A stretch of DNA of 63,450 nt, filler included, from Folioceros fuciformis (taxonomy: Eukaryota), in NCBI GenBank assembly GCA_049999805.1. It is 7 parts of 7 records of this genome, joined end to end, with 100 filler letters (N's around TTAATTAATTAA, not from the genome) between each part and the next. Parts side by side here need not be neighbours in the genome. Positions count along the whole stretch, not along the records: positions 61,738 to 63,450 come from JBNGIO010004058.1; 6 more parts are not named here. One strand, given 5' to 3'. Position numbers and translations under genes: made by a program. Shown here piece by piece: positions 61,738 through 63,450 of the stretch; within the stretch, counting starts at the first letter, position 1, and each line of letters begins with the position of its first letter. The notes beneath the pieces were generated by a model. It was not told the origin of the DNA. It worked only from the letters and a program-made list of their open reading frames with translations, and did no database searches.

Positions 61738-63250
61738 ACAACAAGGAGGACCACTCTTTCTTCATCCATCAAGAACATTATGTAAATCAAATGCTGGAGA
61801 GATTCAACATGAAGGACGAGAAGCTAGTATCAACTCTAGTGGCATCAGGAGAGAAGGTATCTACAGTAGATTGACCCAGTACACCTGAAGAATCAATGGA
61901 GATGTCTGCCATCCTATACAACGAGGCAATAGGCAGCCTACTTTACCTCTCAATCTGGACAAGACCCGACGTTGCACAAGCTATGAATGTGGTATCCAGA
62001 TATCTGTCGAACCTAGGGAAGGCTCACTAGACCTACGTCAAGCGCATCCTTTGCTACCTAAAGAAGACCAAGCCCTTTGGACTCCTCTACATATGTGACN
62101 NNNNNNNNNNNNNNNNNNNNNNNNNNNNNNNNNNNNNNNNNNNNNNNNNNNNNNNNNNNNNNNNNNNNNNNNNNNNNNNNNNNNNNNNNNNNNNNNNNNG
62201 ACAAGACCCGACGTTGCACAAGCTATGAATGTGGTATCCAGATATCTGTCGAACCTAGGGAAGGCTCACTAGACCTACGTCAAGCGCATCCTTCGCTACC
62301 TAAAGAAGACCAAGCCCTTTGGACTCCTCTACATATGTGACCGCTCTACCAAGCTCACTCTAATCTCGTTCTCAGACGCAGATTGGGCGGCAAATCCAGA
62401 TGCGAGAAGATCTACAGCAGCCTATTGCACAGCCATCAACGGCTGTACAGTGTCGTGGGCGTGTAAGAAGATGCAAACAATCTGTACTTCATCAACGGAA
62501 GCGGAGTACACGGCAACAACGTTGGCAGCCAAAGAGATTCAGTGGGTGAGGCAATTCCTACACGACATAGGCGATGACCAGAATCAGCCCACACAGCTAT
62601 TTTGCGACAATCTATCGGCCATAGCTATGACACTCAACCCTGTGCTGCACGCAAGGACCAAGCACGTGGAGATCCAGCACCACTTCATTCGGCAAGTGGT
62701 GGCCAATGAGCAAGTCGCCTTAAGTTACATCAACACGAATGGCAACACCGCCGATCTGCTGACAAAGGGCCTACCCAAGCCACTTCATGACAAGCATACT
62801 GAAGGCATTGGACTGGTGAGCAGAGGATTTTATGTGAGCATTCCCTTCGCAATTGCCAGTGCACACAAAGGGGGAGCTCCTCAATTCCGATAGCACGACT
62901 CTGCTCCACCACTACTAGCATCCTGCTTCTGCTACTTCGACCTTCCACCTCTGCACCAGGAAGATCGAGGATGAGGTTGAGACAAGTGTGGGAGATCGAC
63001 GCCATCACAGCAAGCTGGAATCTGCAACTAGGGAGAGTGTTGGAGTAGAAACTCTTGCGCCACGGATTGGGCTTTAGCACCAAGACTTATTAGGGTACGT
63101 TTCGTGCATAGGTAGATAAATGTTTTAGTTGCTGAAGAGCAATTCTGCCGGTTACGCTAGCACTCGACAGTAGTGCGGTTACAACCGCATCCGGACACTA
63201 TATGTACAATGTTCTCGCTTAAGTATTTCAATCATCATAGCTCAATCTAG
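61738..63250 (+). mobile_element. Ty1/copia RT end, RNase H, PPT and start of 3' LTR (63038); same family as the 11.5-15.5 kb element
   Basis: IGSLLYLSIWTRPD, FSDADWA, SSTEAEY, CDNLSAI and RTKHVEIQHHFIR; gggagag followed by TGTTGG. Confidence 0.9.
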
Positions 63251-63309
63251 CATCTTGCTCCGCTTTATAGCATACCAAGTTGTATATACTTGTGTGTAGG
63301 CTTGTGTAC

Positions 63310-63450
63310 CATTTTCTTGTAGAAGTGTGCCTAGCAGACTTATATGTTATTTTCTTGTAGAAGTGTGCCTAGCACACTTATGTTCCATTGTGTAGGAACA
63401 TTGTAGCACACTTATGTTCCATTGTGTAGGAACATTGTAGCACACTTATG
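63310..63450. repeat. Short tandem duplications (~38 and ~34 bp units)
   Basis: ttttcttgtagaagtgtgcctagca occurs twice and cacacttatgttccattgtgtaggaacattgtag occurs twice. Confidence 0.75.

Noticed and set aside
61958..62340. Direct duplication of ~140 bp of copia RT on both sides of a gap
   Set aside because: Near-identical overlap of contig ends, so probably an assembly artefact.

Overview
Eukaryotic nuclear DNA from a non-seed land plant, most likely a bryophyte such as a hornwort. This is inferred from GC-rich, tightly packed genes with ~80-130 bp introns and a PLS-class PPR protein with long L motifs. The window is not contiguous: it is seven scaffolds joined by artificial 100-nt N44-TTAATTAATTAA-N44 linkers, plus several internal 100-N gaps. 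One gene-dense island (~19.1-33.6 kb) holds a conserved unknown protein, a PLS-E+ PPR editing factor, a peroxisomal acyl-activating enzyme, an intronless PFP alpha subunit, a secreted alpha/beta-hydrolase-like protein, ERG28 and a coiled-coil protein. An OPR (old yellow enzyme) gene lies at 49.4-50.9 kb. The rest is nested, decayed transposons: several Ty1/copia elements, Ty3/gypsy elements (one with an integrase-PHD finger fusion), a fungal Tad1-like LINE with RNase H, a pogo/Tigger element and a Sola-like DDE transposase. There are also three copies of a ~4 kb GC-rich LTR, one of which splits a type I MADS-box pseudogene with a repetitive Gln-rich tail, and an LTR element with non-canonical AG...CT termini and an orphan first ORF. 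All family assignments come from motif recognition by eye; no searches were run.
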